Shown piece by piece: positions 53,601 to 64,000 of a stretch of DNA of 64,000 bases. Source of the stretch: Macrostomum lignano. Lineage: Eukaryota. Position 1 is the first letter of the stretch; the number at the start of each line of letters is the position of its first letter. Location: positions 62,001-126,000 of the forward strand of contig NIVC01000409.1 in NCBI GenBank assembly GCA_002269645.1. The letters are read 5' to 3'. The position numbers were made by a program, and so were the translations under genes. The notes under the pieces are model-generated. The model had not been told where the DNA came from. It did no database searches and saw only the letters and a program-made list of their open reading frames with translations.

Positions 53601-55735
53601 TTGACAATCCAGGACCTTGACAATATCAGGAACCAGGACCTTGACAATCCAGGATCTTGATAATATCAGGAACCAGGACCTTGACAATATCAGGAACCAG
53701 GACCTTGACAATCAAGGATCTTGACAATCCAGGACCTTGAAAATCCAGGACCTTGACAATCCAGGACCTTGAAAATCCAGGACCTTGACAATCCAGGATC
53801 CAGGACCTTGATAATCCAGGAGCCAGGACCTTGACAATCCAGGACCTTGACAATCCAGGACCTTGAAAATCCAGGACCTTGACAATCCAGGACCTTAACA
53901 ATCCAGGACCTTGACAATCCAGGACCTTGACAATCCAGGATCCAAGATTTTGATAATCCAGGAGCCAGGACCTTGACAATCCAGGACATTGACAATCTAG
54001 GATCCAAGACTTTGATAATCCAGGAGCCAGGACCTTGACAATCCAGGACCTTGACAATCCAGGACCTTGACAATCTAGGATCCAAGACTTTGATAATCCA
54101 GGAGCCAGGACCTTGACAATCCAGGACCTTGACAATCCAGGACCTTGACAATCCAGGACCGTGGCAATCCAGGACCTTGACAATCAAGCACCTTGACAAT
54201 CCACGACCTTCATAATCCAGGACCTTGACAATCCACGACCTTGACAATGCACGACCTTGACAATCCACGACCTTGACAATCCAGGACCTTAACAATCCAT
54301 GACCTTGACAATCCGCGACCTTGAGAATCCACGACCTTGACAATCCACGACCTTGACAATCCACGACCTTGACAATCAAGCACCTTGACAATCCACGACC
54401 TTGACAATCAAGCACCTTGACAATCCATGACCTTGACAATCAAGCACCTTGACAATCCACGACCTTCATAATCCAGGACCTTGACAATCCAGGACCTTGA
54501 CAATGCACGACCTTGACAATGCACGACCTTGACAATCCAGGACCTTGACAATCCAGGACCTTGACAATCCACGACCTTAACAATCCAGGACCTTGACAAT
54601 CCACGACCTTAACAATCCAGGACCTTGACAATCCACGACCTTGACAATCCACGACCTTGACAATCCACGACCTTGACAATCCACGACCTTGACAATCCAC
54701 GACCTTGACAATCCACGACCTTGACAATCCACGACCTTGACAATCCACGACCTTGACAATCCACGACCTTGACAATCCACGACCTTGACAATCAAGCACC
54801 TTGACAATCCACGACCTTAACAATCCACGACTTTGACAATCCACGATCTTGACAATCCACGACCTTGACAATCCATGACCTTAACAATCCACGACCTTGA
54901 CAATCGAGGATATTGACACCCCAGGACTCTGACAAACCCAGTAGACTTGGGAGAAGTCAAAGTCTCGACCAAGAATCTATTGCAAATTTTGACTTTCCTA
55001 TTTAATTTTTTCTTAATCCCATTCCATTTCGTCTATTTAGCTGTCAGTGAATGAGACGGCGGTGCTTAAATACCCGGTTCGACACAGTCTCGACGAAATT
55101 CAGTACGTCTTAATAGACGGCGACGTCTGCATCACCAGCGTGCAATTTGAAGGCAAGGTGAGAGCATCGTACGCAGGTGTTGTGTAGGCCAATTAAGAAA
55201 CCTTCACCTCAAATTCTATAAATTCTACAACCCCACAGCCCCCATATTCTACAACCCCACTCCCCACAGCCCCCTCCTGGATATCCTACAACCCTACTCC
55301 CTAGTCCCCACAGCCCCCATATTCTACAACCTCACTCCCCACAGCCCCCATATTCTACAACCCCACTCCCCACAGCCCCCATATTCTACAACCCCACTCC
55401 CCACAGCCCCCATATTCTACAACCCCACTCCCCACAGCCCCCATATTCTACAACCCCACTCCCCACAGCCCCCATATTCTACAACCCCACTCCCCACAGC
55501 CCCCATATTCTACAACCCCACTCCCCACAGCCCCCATATTCTACAACCCCACTCCCCACAGCCCCCATATTCTACAACCCCACTCCCCCACCAGGCCATA
55601 TTCTACAACCCGTCTCTCACATTGAAAAACTTATACGAGCTAAAAATAGCCATGCAGCCCTCTCAGCCAGAAATGATGCTCTAGATAATTTTGCAAACAT
55701 TTCAGGCTGCCACTCCGAGCTGCTGCATCAACTAA
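38642..55735 (+). CDS. Giant galectin-related protein (~2150 aa): one N-terminal galectin-like domain, ~1400-aa Q/S/K/R-rich linker, four tandem galectin-like domains
   Basis: Phase-consistent exons 38878-38960, 39861-40107, 40398-40605, 41036-43159, 43848-44581, 46810-48060, 48467-48561, 49323-49593, 50634-51074, 51585-52219, 52604-52808, 55041-55157, 55706-55735 (6441 nt, one frame, all GT-AG). Galectin-fold signatures by eye: FTYDIPDGLIEGDCVEVKG, PFVAHLPEPLRSGRRIIVSG, YNGREWTSEQR, LSVNETAVLKYPVRHSLDEIQYVLIDGDVCITSVQF. The start is uncertain (best guess MLPM|GT at 38642-38653); the 46810 acceptor is also less certain. Confidence 0.75.
39010..39310. repeat. 14-bp minisatellite (GGACAGGTAGTCAC)n just after the 38961 donor
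   Basis: Read directly. Confidence 0.9.
40179..40340. repeat. 45-bp tandem repeat, ~3.5 diverged copies, in intron 40108-40397
   Basis: GTGTCAGTCCAGGGACAAGCTTGTGTCACATGCAGATCGGAGGTT-like units. Confidence 0.8.
45409..46068 (-). pseudogene. Disrupted FkbM-family (Methyltransf_21-like) SAM methyltransferase with N-terminal TM anchor, nested antisense in a galectin-gene intron
   Basis: C-terminal frame has IVMKLDVEGGEADFL...VVQMEW, the FkbM KxDVEGxE motif. The upstream frame has a TM stretch (FFPACFIFAVFLIYIYFGF). ATG 46068 is out of frame with the TM, a second frame break occurs near 45820, and the DxGANxG and AFEP motifs are absent. Confidence 0.65.
48690..49230. repeat. 18-bp minisatellite (AAATACCCCAGTCATTCT)n
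   Basis: Read directly; inside intron 48562-49322. Confidence 0.93.
49695..50395. repeat. 26-bp minisatellite (TTGGTTTCCGTGTCTAGAAGTGGTGG)n grading into shorter variants
   Basis: Read directly; inside intron 49594-50633. Confidence 0.93.
51130..51490. repeat. ~23-bp minisatellite (GATGGAGTAGATTGGGATGGTTG)n
   Basis: Read directly; inside intron 51075-51584. Confidence 0.9.
52960..54920. repeat. 16-bp minisatellite (CCAGGACCTTGACAAT)n shifting to (CCACGACCTTGACAAT)n
   Basis: Read directly; inside intron 52809-55040; source of the SRSWIVKVLDCQG ORFs. Confidence 0.95.
55230..55610. repeat. 31-bp minisatellite (CCCCACAGCCCCCATATTCTACAACCCCACT)n
   Basis: Read directly; inside intron 55158-55705. 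Confidence 0.93.
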
Positions 55736-57927
55736 AACAAAAACGTTTCAATTTCGTTATTTTTTTATTCTGAATTCATTCTCGCTTGCCACCCGAAACT
55801 GATAGAAATAATACGAACCCTCACTCCACTTAGCAATCAGTAATACTTAATACATATCGTTTCCTAAGAGTTCTGTTAAATATGTGCTTCATAAATATAA
55901 TCTCATAGTTATGTTAGTCTTTAATTCATTATTATATAAGAATGTAACTTTGCAACTAATTGAATGTTCAGTATACTTTTTTCTATTTATTTATTGTATA
56001 ATATTCTGCACGGTTGAAAGCTCTGTGTTTGCATGCTTGTTGTAACTTCTCTAACCTAATATTCTTAAGTTTTTTGTTAAAGTTTGTTGTTAAATCATTT
56101 ATAATAACATTTTTTCTCAAATTCTTGTTATAAAAGTTCAGAAAAAGTTTTCTTCAAGAATTCGTTATGTTCTAATCTTTCGCTTAAATTTTGACCATTA
56201 GCGTGTAAAATGATTTGGCTAGTTAGTAACTCATGTAGTTTTAATTATTCCAATCAAGCTGTGCTTAGTTTCATAACAATTATTAACTGCACTAAATCCG
56301 GAATTCGCACTATAAATAGAACCAGTAATTCTTTTTCTACTTTGACATACTTGTTTGTGTTTTAATTTATAAAATTTTAGTTTTAAAGATAGTTTATTTC
56401 GTCTACTGTTAGTAGGCTAAAAGTGTGCTAGATTTTGCCGACTCTTTTCTTTTCAGGAAAGCCGAACAAAATTTAATAAAAGCGATGCCAAGCCGCCTTA
56501 AAAACTTTATTAGGCTGTTTAGAATTAGTAATTGGGTTGCGGCGAAATCCCTTTTCTTTAGTTAAAGTCACTGCAACACTCTAAATTCAAAAGCAACAGA
56601 AAATCAGCTGTTCTACAAAACCCGCGGTGTCTTACATGTATTTCGCTTCACCATGGACACGCGTGCTAGCGGTCAATAGCTTTATCAGCAATAGAAATCT
56701 ATTATGCAATCAGTTATACACACCTTATATACCAGCAGCGTTTATTACACAGAAATTTAATTTCATCTGTTAATTATCAGTCATTAACTTTCTGCGAATC
56801 TCTAGTCAGCTGACATTACCTAGTTGTAGTTTGTTTATATTTTCTAGCTCTGACTGAAATCACGTGAGACTGCCTGTTATTCATAAAACTAGCTACATGT
56901 ATATCAGCACTTTCGGGCAGAATTTACTGCCACACAGAACGACAAAACTGTTCGAAATTCAAAGTCCACTACTGACTTTCTAGCCTTATCTGCGTACGAT
57001 TTGCATGGATTTATAAGCATTCCTAGTTCACTCACGGAGCCAACACGCGTACATTAATGTCTGTTTACAGTCGCATCGAGCATAGCCGCAGTGCAGCATC
57101 AGTAAGCCAAGGAGAACTAAAAAATCATGGAAGAACACTCCACTTGTGAATCAAGTGCATTTAGTGTACTCAGCAAACGCGCACAGCGTTAAGTTGAACC
57201 GGGTTTCACCGCAGACTATTGCAATAGAGAAATTTTTGAAATGCACCAGCGATGCGCAAAATATTTGCTACTTAACGCATTACTAAGGAAATCTGAGGTG
57301 TAACCCCGTTCAGGAATCGGACGTTCAGTCGACGTATGATGTCGTTATCCGTCGATGTAATGTAGAAGCACATATCTGTCATCGACTCGAGCATGAGACG
57401 TCAGATTTATCGTTCAGAACATCCTTCTACTGACGTTGTTTATGAAATCTTTTGGAAACGGACAAGCTGACAGAGTCTGAAAGCATCCTATAAAGATTTG
57501 CTAACAAATTCGGTAGCTAAAGCGCGGGTAGTGGTTGATTGGTAAAAACTTGGCACTAATTCGGCCAGCGCAATTTCTATGCGTCATCACGCGTACTAAG
57601 TTATAGGACGAACTTTGTTCGCTTCAAAAGAAAATGAATTCAATTTACGCGCCAAGTGTTATATACTTATTCGATCGCCTTGGCCTTCAGCCTTCAACCT
57701 AGCAACCCCCCCCACTCCTAGCGGTAGGTTCGCAATCTGCGCCATTCGCCACAATCCAGGAAATAGACTAGCCACAAGCCCACTCGCACCAACCAGCCTA
57801 GGCCGACTATAGCTTAGAAAGATATTTCGGCATGAGTAAATTCTATATAGCTAACTGCAGTCTCAGTTTCAAAGGGTAGCTTTCTAAACCGAGCTCTTCT
57901 ATCGTCTAAACTAGCTGTTTGTTGATA

Positions 57928-63450
<5,523 letters not shown>

Positions 63451-64000
63451 GTCGCGGCATTGCAGATTTCAAAGGCTACAGAACTGACGGCGTATACTAA
63501 CGCAATATTTTTTCATTTAATTCAATTACTATAAATGCTCCCGGTTTTATATTGGTTATTCAGAATGCGTTTTAGAGAGAAGAGGAAAGTGGATAAGCAA
63601 CTCTGGTAAACCAGAGATACTTCAAGTACTATAACTCCAAGACACAAAGAGCCAATCCCCCATGGCACAGAGGGCACATGATGCCTGAGTGTAAATTGCA
63701 CCAGGGTGCCCGTAAGCTTCATGCAATTACATATTATTAGTAGTAGTAGAGAAAGAACGATCATTGATCTCCGCGTCAGTTCTAAAAACAGCCAACAATG
63801 GCAACTGACAGATATTGAGTTCAGTTAAAAGAAACTAATAGGTACCTGTTTCGGGAATTTGTTCTTTTTCCTTTAACTTTGCCTTTTTAAAATTTAAACG
63901 TTCTAAAATTATGAAGAATCAGGGCGTAAGATATAGATATAGTTAATCAGTACAGTTTCATAGAAATTCCCTGTATTGCTTCTCCTCGATCTCCACTTCT

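Overview
Repeat-rich eukaryotic (invertebrate animal) genomic DNA with GT-AG spliceosomal introns. The gene content and minisatellite-filled introns resemble a free-living flatworm such as Macrostomum, but that is inference only. I assembled four spliced genes by hand with phase-consistent exons. (1) A secreted PAN/apple + F-type-lectin protein (minus, 10993-11789). (2) Chimaerin, SH2-C1-RhoGAP (26687-31008). (3) A roughly 2150-aa protein with five divergent galectin-like domains split by a roughly 1400-aa low-complexity linker (about 38642-55735). (4) MPEG1/perforin-2 (57928-63450). A disrupted FkbM-type methyltransferase is nested antisense in an intron of gene 3. The most striking non-genic feature is a 3840-bp foldback element (5363-9202) with near-identical 1730-bp arms, TACTAC termini and a 4-bp TSD. 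Also present are several MITEs with intact TSDs (Merlin-like, P-like, hAT, mariner), two strongly CpG-depleted blocks, a promoter- and intron-bearing non-coding unit with a possible broken hammerhead fold (13.9-15.5 kb), and about 20 minisatellites. Most long ORFs in the supplied track are minisatellite read-through artefacts. No rRNA, tRNA or CRISPR array was recognised.
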